Assembly: GCF_000430505.1 (NCBI RefSeq)
Contig: NZ_AUMD01000021.1
Span: 1-64,000, forward strand
DNA from: Eisenibacter elegans DSM 3317
GTDB lineage: Bacteria > Bacteroidota > Bacteroidia > Cytophagales > Microscillaceae
DNA length: 64,000 bases
Reading direction: 5' to 3'
The stretch's first letter is position 1; the number at the start of each line of letters is the position of its first letter. The notes beneath the pieces were generated by a model. It did no database searches, was not told where the DNA came from, and saw only the letters and a program-made list of their open reading frames with translations. Below are positions 9,865-20,531 of this stretch, piece after piece. The translations under genes were made by a program, and so were the position numbers.

Positions 9865-12800
9865 TTAGTTGTCGTAGTTGAGGTTGGGCGAGAGCCAGCG
9901 TTCGGCTTCGGCTATGCTTACCCCTTTGCGTTCGGCATAGGCTTGGACTTGGTCTTTTTCGATTTTACCCAGGCCAAAGTACTTGGATTGTGGGTGGGCA
10001 AAATACCATCCTGATACGGCGGCTGCCGGATACATCGCCAAGCTTTCGGTGAGGCATAAGCCGATTGACTCCTCTACTTCGAGCAAGCCGAAGAGGGTCA
10101 GCTTTTCGGTATGGTCGGGGCAGGCAGGGTAGCCCGGAGCAGGACGAATACCTTGGTATTTCTCACGGATAAGTGCGTCGTTATCAAGTGCTTCTTCGGG
10201 CACATACCCCCAAAATTCTTTACGGACGCGCTCGTGGAGGCGCTCCGCAAAAGCTTCGGCGAAGCGGTCGGCGAGAGCCTTGACCATAATGGCGTTGTAG
10301 TCGTCGTGGTCAGCTTCAAAAGCTTTGGCTTTTTCCTCTGCGCCATAGATGGCCACGGCAAAACCGCCGATATAGTCTTCTTTGCCGCTACCTACTGGGG
10401 CGATAAAGTCTGAGAGGGAGAGGTTGGGTACACCGTCAGCTTTTTGGGCCTGTTGGCGTAGCGACTGGATGGTGGCGATCGTTTGGCTGCGGTCTTCGTG
10501 ATAGGCCAGCTCCGAAACGTTGCCGTGGGTGTGGCTATTGGCTTGGCGGGCAGCGGTAGCTTCTAGTTCGGCAGTAGCATAACGGTATACTGCGATTTCG
10601 TCGTGGTTTTGCGTATTGGCCGGGAAGAACCCACAGACGGCCTTGGCTGTAAACCATTTTTCTTCAATGATTTGCGCCAGCATCTGCTGTGCATCTGCAT
10701 AGAGCTTGGTGGCTTCCTTGCCCACTACCTCGTCTTCGAGGATGTTGGGGAAGCGCCCGTGTAGCTCCCAAGTCTGGAAGAAAGGAGTCCAGTCGATGTA
10801 TTGTGCCAGCTCGTCGAGAGGGTAATCGGCCAGTACTTTTTTACCCAGAAACTGCGGCTTGACAATCTCGGTAGCGTCCCAGTCGATCTGAAATTTGTTT
10901 TGCTGCGCCTTTTCGATAGGGAGCATACTTTTGTCTTTCTTGCGGTTGGCGTGTCCTTCGCGCATCCGGTCATACTCCGCGCGGATTTGTGCTGCATAGG
11001 TAGCCTTGTTGTCTTCGCTGAGCAAGTTGCTCACTACGGGCACGCTGCGCGAGGCATCGAGCACGTGTACAACGGAGCCACTGTATTTGGGCGCTATTTT
11101 GACGGCAGTGTGGATTTTGGAGGTCGTTGCTCCGCCAATGAGTAGCGGGATGGTAAAACCTAGGCGTTCCATTTCGGCGGCTACGTGCACCATCTCGTCG
11201 AGGCTGGGGGTAATCAGCCCGCTCAGGCCGATGACATCCACTTGGTGTTTTTTGGCTTCCTCCAAAATCTTTTCGGCAGAGACCATTACACCCAAGTCTA
11301 TCACTTCGTAGTTGTTACAGGCCAGTACTACACCGACGATGTTTTTGCCGATATCGTGTACATCTCCTTTTACGGTAGCCATCAGTACCTTGCCTCCGCC
11401 TTGGTTGCTCAGCTCACCACGGGCGGCGGCGGCGGCCTTAGCCTCTTCCATAAAAGGCATCAGGTAGGCCACCGATTTTTTCATCACCCGAGCACTTTTC
11501 ACTACTTGGGGCAAAAACATTTTGCCCTCTCCAAATAGGTCGCCTACGACGTTCATCCCGGCCATCAGTGGGCCTTCGATTACGTGTAGCGGCTCTGGGT
11601 ATAGTTTGCGAGCCTCTTCAGTGTCTTCGTCTATGTATTCGGTAATGCCTTTGAGCAGGGCGTGTTTGAGGCGCTCTTCTACTGGAGCGTTGCGCCAAGC
11701 ATCGTCACGTACTTTTTCCTTGCCTTGGTTTTTGACCGTCTCGGCATAGTCTACCAAGCGTTCGGTGGCATCGGGACGGCGGTTGAGCAATACATCTTCG
11801 ATGAGTTCGAGCATATCTTTGGGGATATCCTCGTATACTTCTATCATCCCGGCATTGACAATACCCATATCCAGCCCTGCCTTGATGGCGTGATAAAGGA
11901 AGGCCGCGTGCATAGCCTCGCGTACCACATTGTTGCCACGGAAAGAGAAAGAGATATTACTCACCCCGCCGCTCACCTTGGCGTGAGGGAGGTTTTGCTT
12001 GATCCAACGTGTGGCCTCGATAAAGTCCACAGCATAATTGTTATGTTCTTCGATACCCGTCGCGACGGTCAGGATGTTGGGGTCGAAGATGATGTCTTGG
12101 GGAGGGAAGTGAACCTCATTGACCAAAATATCATAAGCGCGTTTACAGATTTCGAGGCGGCGCTCATAGCTGTCGGCTTGACCTTGTTCATCGAAGGCCA
12201 TCACTACTACGGCAGCGCCATAGCGGCGCACTAGGCGGGCTTGCTCTTTAAATTTTTCTTCTCCTTCTTTGAGCGAGATAGAGTTGACAATACCCTTGCC
12301 CTGAATACACTTCAGGCCGGCCTCGATGACTGTCCACTTAGAGGAGTCAATCATCACAGGCAGACGAGCGATTTCGGGTTCGGCAGCCATCAGGTTGAGG
12401 AAGGTCGTCATGACCTGCTCGGAGTCGAGCATCCCCTCGTCCATATTGACATCTATCACCTGTGCCCCACCCTCTACTTGGTCGAGGGCTACACTGAGGG
12501 CTTCTTCGTATTTTTCTTCTTGAATGAGGCGCTTAAACTTGATAGATCCGGTTACGTTGGTACGTTCTCCGATGTTGACAAAGTTGGTCATCTCGGTAAC
12601 TTTTACCGGCTCTAGGCCACTAAGCTTGAGGTATTTGTCGGCTTCTTTGGGGGTACGGGGGCTATATTTGGCAGCGGCCTCTGCAATGGCTTGAATGTGA
12701 TCGGGGGTAGTACCACAGCAGCCACCGATGATGTTGAGCCAGCCATTTTGCAAAAATTCTTCAATGACTGCCACCATCTCCTGCGGGGTTTCGTCATATT

Positions 12801-13656
12801 CCCCAAACTCGTTGGGCAAGCCCGCATTGGGGTGAGCCGAAACCATAAAGTGTGATTCTTTGGACAGCGATTGGATATAAGGCCGCATCAAGTCAGCACC
12901 TAGCGCACAGTTAACGCCTACACTGAGCAAGGGCAGGTGCTCGATAGAGTATAGGAAAGCTTCGATGGTTTGCCCTGAGAGGGTACGCCCACTGGCATCG
13001 GTGATGGTGCCAGATACCATAATTGGCAGCCTCACTCCGGCATCTTCGTAGTATTTTTCGATGGCAAAAAGTGCTGCTTTGGCATTGAGGGTGTCAAACA
13101 CGGTTTCGACCAAGAGCAAGTCTGACCCACCTTCTACCAAGGCTTTGGCCTGTTCATAATAGGCTGTTACGAGTTCGTCGAAGGTAACGGCACGGTATCC
13201 GGGGTTGTTTACATCAGGCGAAAGGGAGGCTGTACGGTTGGTAGGGCCCATCGAGCCGGCTACAAAACGCGGCTTGTCGGGGTTTAAGGCCGTTACTTCT
13301 AAAGCCACCTCTTTGGCAATACGTGCCGACTCATAGTTGAGCTCATACACTAAGTCTTCCATATGGTAATCGGCCATAGCAATGGTCGTTCCGCTGAAAG
13401 TATTGGTTTCGATGATGTCTGCACCGGCTTCTAGGTATTGGCGGTGGATGGTCTTGATAATTTCGGGCTGTGTGAGCGAGAGCAGGTCATTGTTGCCTTT
13501 GAGCGAGTGGGCGTAGTCCTTGAAGCGTTCCGAGCGGTAGTCTTCTTCAGTAAGGTTGTAACGTTGGATCATCGTGCCCATAGCACCATCAAGGACTAGG
13601 ATACGATGTTGGAGAATGTCGTAAATGCTCATCGAATAGGGGTTTTGAGTGACCAA
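9865..13656 (-). CDS. metH: Cobalamin-dependent methionine synthase.
   Basis: 1263 aa with all modules present: Hcy S-methyltransferase, pterin-binding, a B12-binding '[10 protein letters not shown]' (DxHxxG), and an AdoMet activation domain. Confidence 0.95.
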   Translation of the reverse strand: MVTQNPYSMSIYDILQHRILVLDGAMGTMIQRYNLTEEDYRSERFKDYAHSLKGNNDLLSLTQPEIIKTIHRQYLEAGADIIETNTFSGTTIAMADYHMEDLVYELNYESARIAKEVALEVTALNPDKPRFVAGSMGPTNRTASLSPDVNNPGYRAVTFDELVTAYYEQAKALVEGGSDLLLVETVFDTLNAKAALFAIEKYYEDAGVRLPIMVSGTITDASGRTLSGQTIEAFLYSIEHLPLLSVGVNCALGADLMRPYIQSLSKESHFMVSAHPNAGLPNEFGEYDETPQEMVAVIEEFLQNGWLNIIGGCCGTTPDHIQAIAEAAAKYSPRTPKEADKYLKLSGLEPVKVTEMTNFVNIGERTNVTGSIKFKRLIQEEKYEEALSVALDQVEGGAQVIDVNMDEGMLDSEQVMTTFLNLMAAEPEIARLPVMIDSSKWTVIEAGLKCIQGKGIVNSISLKEGEEKFKEQARLVRRYGAAVVVMAFDEQGQADSYERRLEICKRAYDILVNEVHFPPQDIIFDPNILTVATGIEEHNNYAVDFIEATRWIKQNLPHAKVSGGVSNISFSFRGNNVVREAMHAAFLYHAIKAGLDMGIVNAGMIEVYEDIPKDMLELIEDVLLNRRPDATERLVDYAETVKNQGKEKVRDDAWRNAPVEERLKHALLKGITEYIDEDTEEARKLYPEPLHVIEGPLMAGMNVVGDLFGEGKMFLPQVVKSARVMKKSVAYLMPFMEEAKAAAAARGELSNQGGGKVLMATVKGDVHDIGKNIVGVVLACNNYEVIDLGVMVSAEKILEEAKKHQVDVIGLSGLITPSLDEMVHVAAEMERLGFTIPLLIGGATTSKIHTAVKIAPKYSGSVVHVLDASRSVPVVSNLLSEDNKATYAAQIRAEYDRMREGHANRKKDKSMLPIEKAQQNKFQIDWDATEIVKPQFLGKKVLADYPLDELAQYIDWTPFFQTWELHGRFPNILEDEVVGKEATKLYADAQQMLAQIIEEKWFTAKAVCGFFPANTQNHDEIAVYRYATAELEATAARQANSHTHGNVSELAYHEDRSQTIATIQSLRQQAQKADGVPNLSLSDFIAPVGSGKEDYIGGFAVAIYGAEEKAKAFEADHDDYNAIMVKALADRFAEAFAERLHERVRKEFWGYVPEEALDNDALIREKYQGIRPAPGYPACPDHTEKLTLFGLLEVEESIGLCLTESLAMYPAAAVSGWYFAHPQSKYFGLGKIEKDQVQAYAERKGVSIAEAERWLSPNLNYDN

Positions 13657-13787
13657 AAATTAACATCAAACCGCGCCGTCCCGATGCAGAAAGTAACAAA
13701 GGGCAACGCAGCGCTTCAATTAGTAGCCGGAAAAGCCGACTACTTGCGGTAGTGCTGAATACTCAGAAATTGGGTTTGATGAATTCA

Positions 13788-13899
13788 GACTTATATGTCC
13801 CCAAGGAGGCCTCCTTATTGGGCAGGAATTAGCACCTTGCCGAGCGGCAGGTTGCCAGCGCTTCACAGAGCCTGTTCTCTTCGCGCTTCTGTATAAGTC
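13788..13899 (-). promoter_or_regulatory. SAM-I (S-box) riboswitch aptamer in the metH 5' leader.
   Basis: On the minus strand: P1 'GACTTATA'/'TATAAGTC'. Core 'GAAGAGAacaGGCTCTgtGAAGCGCTGGCAACC'. The 'GGCAAGGTGCTAATTCCTGCC' hallmark. A P4 hairpin 'CCCAAtaaggaggcctccTTGGG'. A second hairpin at 13723-13747 lies in the expression platform. Confidence 0.6.
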
Positions 13900-14586
13900 T
13901 TCTCTTGCGAAAAAGAGGAGACGGATAATTAGCCTACAAAAGTAAGGCAATTTTTCCCAAAAACCCATCTCAGCCCCAAAAAGTTCTATAGAAGGCGGTT
14001 TAATTCAAAAAAATAGTATTTTTCTAAGGCTTGATGATGACTTAGGGGGGTATACCTAGGATGAAGCTCTCTTCGTTTGATTCGAAGCCAAAGCGCCACG
14101 GGTTTTTATATTTGGAGCTTATTGCCCTATGCGGAGCAATGCTTCCATGTTTGTTTTAAACCATTGGGTTTTCGCTAAGTCATTTTTCGAAATATGTTGT
14201 CTTTGCGATAATTGAGTGCAATAAGACTTCATTGGTAAGACCTTGTAATAAGTATCAAAGTCATCACTATTCAAATAGACAGCATCAATTCAAACGATTA
14301 TTGCCCACTTTGATAATAATACAACTGTTAGCTGAGATATCTAAAAAATCTCTGCATTCTATGGATTATATGTACAATGAAAATCCTTACATAGCATCTT
14401 CGTTAGAAGAAGGCAGCTAAAAACACGCCCAGCAGCACTTTGCTTGCCGAAGGAATTATCTGACCCAAGGGCTGTGTTTTAGTAATTGACGATTTGGGAT
14501 TTACGGTGGCCTACGGACAATCTTGGAATGACGAAGTAACAGCTAAAATCCCAAATCGTAGTTCGTCAATCGTAATCCCCAAACAG

Positions 14587-17025
14587 ATGAATGTTCTGAC
14601 AGATACGCCCATATACCTCCATCTCACTGGGCTGAGCAGTGAACACTGCGCCCTGATCATCAGCAAAGCTCTCGACAAAGTACCCGGTGTGGCTACCCAT
14701 CGGGTGGAGTTTAACAATCAGCGGGTGGTGCTGGGCTTAGATGAGAAGGAAGCCTTGGCGCAGGCCGTCGCTCAGATAGAAGCGCTGGGCTATGGGGTAG
14801 AAACACGGCAGGCGCACCTCCCTGTGTTGCACCTGAGCTGCGCTTCTTGTGCGGCCAGCGCCGAGAGCATCACCAAGGCACAGGCAGGCGTGTTGAGCGC
14901 ATCGGTCAATTTTGCCTCTGAGATGCTTAGTGTACGCTATCTGCCCACGGCCATACAACCCACCGATTTGCAAAAGGCCATACAGTCGGTTGGTTTTGAC
15001 TTGTTGCTCACGGATGAGGGTCACAGTGAGCAGACGCAAGATACCTTGACACAAATTCACGAAGCCAAATACCGGCAGTTGCGCCAAAAGACCCTCTGGG
15101 CTTCGGTGTTGTCCTTGCCTGTGGTGGTGCTGGGGATGTGGCTGATGGATATGCCCTATGCCAATGTGCTGATGTGGTTGCTGAGTACGCCGGTGGTGCT
15201 ATGGTTGGGGCGCGGCTTTTTTGTCAATGCTTGGAAGCAAGCCCGCCACGGCACGGCCAATATGGATACCTTGGTGGCGCTGAGCACAGGGGTGGCCTAT
15301 TTGTTTAGTGTATTCAACACGCTTTTTCCGCAGGTGTGGCACGCTCGTGGGCTACACGCACACGTTTATTTTGAGGCCGCAGCCGTCATCATTACCTTTA
15401 TCTTGCTGGGCAAATTGCTAGAAGAAAAAGCCAAAGGCAATACCTCTACAGCCCTCAAAAAGCTAATGGGCTTGCAGGCCAAAACCCTGACTGTGATAAG
15501 GGAGGGACAGACACAGACCATCCCCATCGATGCCGTACAGCAGGGCGACACCGTTTGGGTCAAGCCGGGCGAAAAAATCGCCGTAGACGGTACTGTACTC
15601 AGTGGCCAATCGTATGTAGATGAGAGTATGCTTAGTGGTGAGCCGCTACCCGTACTCAAGCAGGCCAAGGACGCAGTATTTGCAGGCACCATCAACCAAA
15701 AAGGCAGCTTTCAGTTTCGCGCTGATAAGCTCGGCAAGGAGACCCTCTTGGCGCAGATTATCCGGATGGTGCAAGAAGCCCAAGGCAGCAAAGCACCTGT
15801 ACAAAAACTGGTGGACCAAATCGCGGCGGTATTCGTACCCACGGTGATGGGTATAGCCTTGTTTTCGGCAGGGCTTTGGTTGATTTTTGGTGGGGAGAAT
15901 GCTCTTACGCAGGCCATCTTGGCACTCATTACGGTCTTGGTCATTGCCTGCCCCTGTGCCTTGGGGCTGGCTACCCCTACGGCCATCATGGTAGGAGTGG
16001 GCAAAGGCGCTTCGCAAGGGATTTTGATAAAAGATGCCGAAAGTCTCGAATTGGCCAAAAAAATCACCCATCTGGTCTTAGACAAAACGGGAACCATCAC
16101 CCAAGGCCGCCCTCGCCTCATCGCGGAGTATTGGCAAGTCCCCGAAGCGGAGCAAGCCCTGCTCAAGCAAATCTTGGTGGGTATAGAGCAACAATCAGAG
16201 CACCCCTTGGCAGAGGCTGTCTTGGCGCATTATGAAGGCATAAGCAGTGCCAGCCTCCAAGCCTTCGAAAGCATCACGGGCAAGGGCGCAAAGGCACACT
16301 ACGGCGACAAAACCTATTTTGTGGGCAACCAACGCCTGCTGGCCGAGCAGCAAATACACCTCCACCCTGAGCTAGTGCAACAAGCCCAAGCTTGGGGTGC
16401 TACCGCTCAGACGGTCATTTGGCTGGCAGACAACACCCAAGCCCTTGCCGTATTTGCCCTTGCCGACCCCATCAAGCCGGGCTCTAAGGCCGCTATCGAA
16501 GCCCTCCAAGCAGGTGGCATCAAGGTCTATATGCTCACCGGCGACAATGCCGCCACCGCTCAAGCCATTGCCCAAACCGTGGGCATCACCCATTATCAGG
16601 CCGAAACCCTGCCCGAGCAAAAAGCTGCGTTTGTCAAAGCCCTCCAAACCCAAGGGGCAGTGGTGGCAATGGTCGGCGATGGCATCAACGACAGCGCCGC
16701 CCTGGCCCAAGCCGACGTAAGCATCGCGATGGGTAAAGGCAGCGATATTGCGATGGAAGTCGCCAAAATGACCCTCATCTCCTCTGACCTAGGCAAAATC
16801 CCCCAAGCCATCAAGCTCTCACAGCAGACTGTAGCCACCATCCGCCAAAACCTCTTCTGGGCATTCATCTACAATCTGATCGGCATCCCTATTGCGGCGG
16901 GTATTTTGTATCCCTTCAATGGCTTCTTGCTCAACCCTATGTTGGCCGGAGCAGCGATGGCACTCAGCAGTGTGAGTGTCGTGGCCAATAGCCTGCGCTT
17001 GCGGTGGATTGGCCAAAGAGCATAA
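14587..17025 (+). CDS. copA: Heavy-metal (Cu+/Ag+) translocating P1B-type ATPase.
   Basis: Two N-terminal HMA domains (the second carries a 'CASC' CxxC motif). TM 'CPC' motif ('[12 protein letters not shown]'), 'DKTGT' phosphorylation site, 'GDGINDS' hinge. Start placed at the ATG giving '[13 protein letters not shown]'. The raw ORF starts at 14494. Confidence 0.9.
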   Translation: MNVLTDTPIYLHLTGLSSEHCALIISKALDKVPGVATHRVEFNNQRVVLGLDEKEALAQAVAQIEALGYGVETRQAHLPVLHLSCASCAASAESITKAQAGVLSASVNFASEMLSVRYLPTAIQPTDLQKAIQSVGFDLLLTDEGHSEQTQDTLTQIHEAKYRQLRQKTLWASVLSLPVVVLGMWLMDMPYANVLMWLLSTPVVLWLGRGFFVNAWKQARHGTANMDTLVALSTGVAYLFSVFNTLFPQVWHARGLHAHVYFEAAAVIITFILLGKLLEEKAKGNTSTALKKLMGLQAKTLTVIREGQTQTIPIDAVQQGDTVWVKPGEKIAVDGTVLSGQSYVDESMLSGEPLPVLKQAKDAVFAGTINQKGSFQFRADKLGKETLLAQIIRMVQEAQGSKAPVQKLVDQIAAVFVPTVMGIALFSAGLWLIFGGENALTQAILALITVLVIACPCALGLATPTAIMVGVGKGASQGILIKDAESLELAKKITHLVLDKTGTITQGRPRLIAEYWQVPEAEQALLKQILVGIEQQSEHPLAEAVLAHYEGISSASLQAFESITGKGAKAHYGDKTYFVGNQRLLAEQQIHLHPELVQQAQAWGATAQTVIWLADNTQALAVFALADPIKPGSKAAIEALQAGGIKVYMLTGDNAATAQAIAQTVGITHYQAETLPEQKAAFVKALQTQGAVVAMVGDGINDSAALAQADVSIAMGKGSDIAMEVAKMTLISSDLGKIPQAIKLSQQTVATIRQNLFWAFIYNLIGIPIAAGILYPFNGFLLNPMLAGAAMALSSVSVVANSLRLRWIGQRA

Positions 17026-17060
17026 GCCACATACAATACCCAACCCACGGATGTCTTTTA

Positions 17061-17146
17061 TACCCAATCAAAATTGGTTTGGAGAATTTCTGGCACCAAA
17101 AATCCTTGATTATCAAGAAAATCAAATCAAGTGAATCTTGGTATAA
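17061..17146 (+). repeat. Copy A of a MITE-like intergenic repeat family. Short form.
   Basis: 'TACCCAATCAAAATTGGTTTGGAGAATTTCTGGCACCAAAAATCCTTGATTATCAAGAAAATCAAATCAAGTGAATCTTGGTATA'. Terminal inverted repeats 'TAcCCAA..TTGGTA'. Internal palindromes CCAAAattGGTTTGG and CCTTGATtATCAAGG. Confidence 0.7.
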
Positions 17147-17417
17147 TTTGACCTTAACGCAACAGGTTTCTCATCATCAAACCACTATCCTTTACTCTCC
17201 CCTTTACGTTCTTTGTGAATACTTTACACCTTTTTTGGTTAAATGTATTATACTGAGAACCCGGGGTGTCAAAATATGCAACATAGCACCAAAAATTGCA
17301 AATATCCAGAGGTTTTAAAATTACCTAAATCCCGACTGATGCTACTGGCGCTTTTGCCAAGATTTATTAACTTGTTGGACAATTGATACTCTTTTTCATT
17401 TTTCCCACGATAAACCT

Positions 17418-18950
17418 ATGTCAGATACTAATCGAGAACGCGACCTAGTGTTAGCTCCCAATGAGTTTGCCTTTATCTCCGACCAAACCAAGGGCAATAT
17501 CAATGTGTATGTAGGGCCTTACAAAACCAGCTTAGCCAATACGGATAAGCCGGTTATTTTTGATGAGCTGCTCAAGCGGTTTGAAAAATGCAACCTTGAA
17601 GAGTCTATCCAGACTTTCAGCACTGCGCCCGAAGGCTGGTATTTGGTACTCAAAAACCCTCCATTAGACAACAAACAGCCCAAAACAGGCACTTCTAACA
17701 GCCTACCCGATTTACAGATAGGGCGTAAGGTCAATATCCCCGGGCCCGTATTTTTTGCCCTTTGGCCCGGGCAGATGGTTCGTGTGATTCCTGGGCATCA
17801 CCTGCGCTCCAACCAATACCTGCTCGTACGGGTATACGACGAAGAGGAGGCGCGGCGCAACTGGGGGAAGGCTGTTATTAAGACCAAGAGCGGCGCTGAC
17901 CTCGAGTCTGAAACCCCCGACGAAGTTACGGGCAAAGAAGAAATCCCTGACCTGACCATCGGCAAGACCTTGGTCATCAAAGGCGATATGGTCTCGTTTT
18001 ATATCCCCCCTACAGGGGTAGAGGTCGTGCGTGATGGCTACAGCAACTATGTCCGTGAGGCTGTCACCTTAGAGCGTTTGGAGTACTGTATTCTGCTGGA
18101 CGAAAGCGGCAACAAGCGCTACATCCAAGGCCCTGCCGTGGTATTTCCAGAACCTACTGAGGAATTTGTTAAGCTCAATGGCTACCGTAAGTTCAAGGCC
18201 ATCGAACTCAACGAAAACAGCGGTCTCTATATCAAGGTCATCGCTCCATACAAAGAAGGTAAAACAGAGTATGATGCCGGTAGTGAATTATTCATCACAG
18301 GCAAAGACACGATGATATACTACCCCCGCCCCGAACACGCTATTATCAAGTACGGAGGGCGCGAAAAACACTACGCCGTTGCTATTCCGGCGGGTGAAGG
18401 ACGTTATTATATGAATCGCAACACCGGGCAGATTTACCTCAAAAAGGGGCCTTCGATTTTTCTTCCCGACCCCCGCGAGGAGGTCTTCGTACGCCGGGTA
18501 CTACACCCAAAACAAGTCGCCCTTTGGTTTCCGGGCAATGCCGAGGCTTTGGCTTATAACCGACAACTACAGGCAGAACTGGAGCGGAAACAGCGTAGCG
18601 ATCAGTTTTATATCGAAGACTCTGAGTTACAGGCGTTACAGAGTGAAGCTGCTCCGGCTCCGGCACAAGCTTCTGAAGCTCCCAAGCTCCGCAAGAAAGA
18701 GGCGACTTCTGAGGAGATGGCCTCCGATGAGTTTAGCCGCTCACAGTCATTCACACAGCCACGCAGCATCGTGCTCGATACCAAGTACGAAGGAGCTGTT
18801 ACCATCAACCTCTGGACGGGCTATGCTGTACAGGTGGTCAGCAAAACTGGCACGCGCAAGGTCATTGTAGGCCCACAGACTTATCTGTTGGAATATGACG
18901 AAAGCCTCGAAGCAATGGAGCTTTCAACTGGTGTTCCCAAAACCGAATAA
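17418..18950 (+). CDS. Major vault protein (MVP) homologue, N-terminal MVP-repeat region. Ends at an in-frame TAA inside conserved sequence; possibly a pseudogene or a sequencing error.
   Basis: Repeated ~55-aa MVP-repeat modules. 'NEFAFISDQTKGNINVYVGPYKTSLANTDKPVIF' resembles eukaryotic MVP '[33 protein letters not shown]'. 'ILLDESGNKRYIQGPAVVFPEPTEEF' resembles '[27 protein letters not shown]'. The ORF is in the same frame as 18981-19940. Confidence 0.7.
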   Translation: MSDTNRERDLVLAPNEFAFISDQTKGNINVYVGPYKTSLANTDKPVIFDELLKRFEKCNLEESIQTFSTAPEGWYLVLKNPPLDNKQPKTGTSNSLPDLQIGRKVNIPGPVFFALWPGQMVRVIPGHHLRSNQYLLVRVYDEEEARRNWGKAVIKTKSGADLESETPDEVTGKEEIPDLTIGKTLVIKGDMVSFYIPPTGVEVVRDGYSNYVREAVTLERLEYCILLDESGNKRYIQGPAVVFPEPTEEFVKLNGYRKFKAIELNENSGLYIKVIAPYKEGKTEYDAGSELFITGKDTMIYYPRPEHAIIKYGGREKHYAVAIPAGEGRYYMNRNTGQIYLKKGPSIFLPDPREEVFVRRVLHPKQVALWFPGNAEALAYNRQLQAELERKQRSDQFYIEDSELQALQSEAAPAPAQASEAPKLRKKEATSEEMASDEFSRSQSFTQPRSIVLDTKYEGAVTINLWTGYAVQVVSKTGTRKVIVGPQTYLLEYDESLEAMELSTGVPKTE

Positions 18951-18980
18951 GATGCTCTCCGGACGGTCTACCTGCGCGTA

Positions 18981-19940
18981 TTGCACAACAAAATCTCAGA
19001 CCTTATCCGTGCCGAATCCAAAGACTATACCCAAGTCAGTATCTACCTCTCATACCGGGTCAATTTTGAGGGCGACCCTGAGCTTTGGTTCAATGTCGAA
19101 AACTACGTTAAGTTCCTGACTGACCATATGCGCTCTTTTGTCCGCAATGCGGTCAAGAAACACGATATTATGGCCTTCTATGCCAATGGTATTGACATCC
19201 TGCGCGACACAGTCTTGGGCAAAGAACTAAGCAAGGATGGCAAGCGCCAAGGGCGCATTTTTGAAGAAAACGGAATGCGCATTTACGATGTAGAGGTACT
19301 TGATATTCGTCTAAGTGATGCCACACTCGAAAGCCTGCTCGTACAATCGCAGCAAGATGTAGTCAAGCAGACACTCCGTATAGAGGCCGAAAAGCGGAAA
19401 TTGACCTTTACCCAAGAGAGCGAGCAAATCAGCCAATCAATCGCCGAGGCCGAATCAGCTACCAAGCAGAAAAAAGCGACGCTCGAAGCGCAAGAAATCA
19501 CCCAAGAGCTACAAACTACGCTCACCCGCTTGCAGGCCGAAATAGAGGCTAGGCACGTGCAACTCAAAGCCGAAGTGGCCGAACAGGAGCACCTCGACCA
19601 AGTCAAAACTGCCGAACTGGCACGCGAGCGCCAAGAGGTCGAGCTCTCTCTCGAAGTCGCCCAACGTGAACTAGAGCAGTACATCCAAGAGGTACGGGCA
19701 GAGGTCAAGGCAGTGGTCGAAAAAGCACAGGCGGTATCCCCCGACTTGGTAGCAGCGCTACAGGCCTTCTCCGACAAAGCCCTGGCACAAAAAATGGCCG
19801 ACTCGATGGCTCCCCTCGCCATCTTGGGTGGCAAGAGCATCGCCGAAGTCTTTGCCAACCTTCTCAAAGGTACACAAGTAGCCCACGTGCTCAAACGCAG
19901 TGCCGAGCTACTTGACCAAGCCGACGAAGAACAGGACTAG
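18981..19940 (+). CDS. MVP homologue C-terminal part: SPFH-like shoulder domain plus cap-helix coiled coil. In frame with the upstream ORF across a single TAA.
   Basis: 'DALRTVYLRVLHNKISDLIRAESKDYTQVSIYLSYRVNF' aligns with eukaryotic MVP '..[38 protein letters not shown]'. This is followed by a long E/Q/A-rich coiled coil like the vault cap helix. The apparent start at 18981 is TTG. Confidence 0.7.
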   Translation: MHNKISDLIRAESKDYTQVSIYLSYRVNFEGDPELWFNVENYVKFLTDHMRSFVRNAVKKHDIMAFYANGIDILRDTVLGKELSKDGKRQGRIFEENGMRIYDVEVLDIRLSDATLESLLVQSQQDVVKQTLRIEAEKRKLTFTQESEQISQSIAEAESATKQKKATLEAQEITQELQTTLTRLQAEIEARHVQLKAEVAEQEHLDQVKTAELARERQEVELSLEVAQRELEQYIQEVRAEVKAVVEKAQAVSPDLVAALQAFSDKALAQKMADSMAPLAILGGKSIAEVFANLLKGTQVAHVLKRSAELLDQADEEQD

Positions 19941-20071
19941 CCGAAAGGCAAGGGCGAAGCTCCGGCTTCGCCCAATTACCCACCAACTGTGCCCAATGCT
20001 TGGAGGCTTGTAGACATACCCCCTTGAGGCGTGGGTACACCATCATATTTTACTAAACCACTAACAGTACT

Positions 20072-20455
20072 TTGATGCCAACCCAACAACAGCAAATTAT
20101 CGAAGCCTATATCCAAGCCTATAATCAGTTTGATATAGCCGGAATGATGGCCAACCTTAGCGAAGGAGTCGTCTTTGAGAATGTAACTAACGGAATCGTA
20201 GACCTCCGTCTCGAAGGCATAGAGGCATTCCGACAACAAGCTGAAGCCGCCACTGCGTATTTCAGTCAACGCCAACAAATACCCACAAATTGGATGTTTG
20301 AGGGCAATGTGGTTACAGTCAGTATTGAATACAAGGCGGCATTGGCCATAGACCTGCCCAATGGGATGAAAAACGGGGATACGCTTACTTTGCAGGGGAC
20401 TTCAAGGTTTGAGTTTGAAGGGGAGGCAATCGTGCTGATTCGGGATGAGAGTTAG
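20072..20455 (+). CDS. NTF2-like/SnoaL-like small protein.
   Basis: 127 aa. 'QQIIEAYIQAYNQFDIAGMMANLSEGVVFEN' is typical of the N-terminal helix of SnoaL/ketosteroid-isomerase-like folds. Confidence 0.55.
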   Translation: MMPTQQQQIIEAYIQAYNQFDIAGMMANLSEGVVFENVTNGIVDLRLEGIEAFRQQAEAATAYFSQRQQIPTNWMFEGNVVTVSIEYKAALAIDLPNGMKNGDTLTLQGTSRFEFEGEAIVLIRDES

Positions 20456-20531
20456 GCATAGGAGTACTTGACAACATTGCTTACCGCATCCTACCTAGTG
20501 CATACCTATTATCACAGAAAAACCTAAAAAA

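Noticed and set aside
13720-13968. 82-aa ORF on the minus strand upstream of metH.
   Set aside because: It lies entirely within the SAM-I riboswitch and leader. Its sequence has low complexity, and it begins inside the aptamer.
18951-18980. Treating 18981 as a genuine independent start for a separate shoulder/cap-helix gene.
   Set aside because: The codon is TTG. The 10 codons between the TAA and 18981 continue the MVP alignment in frame, so a single interrupted gene is the more parsimonious reading.
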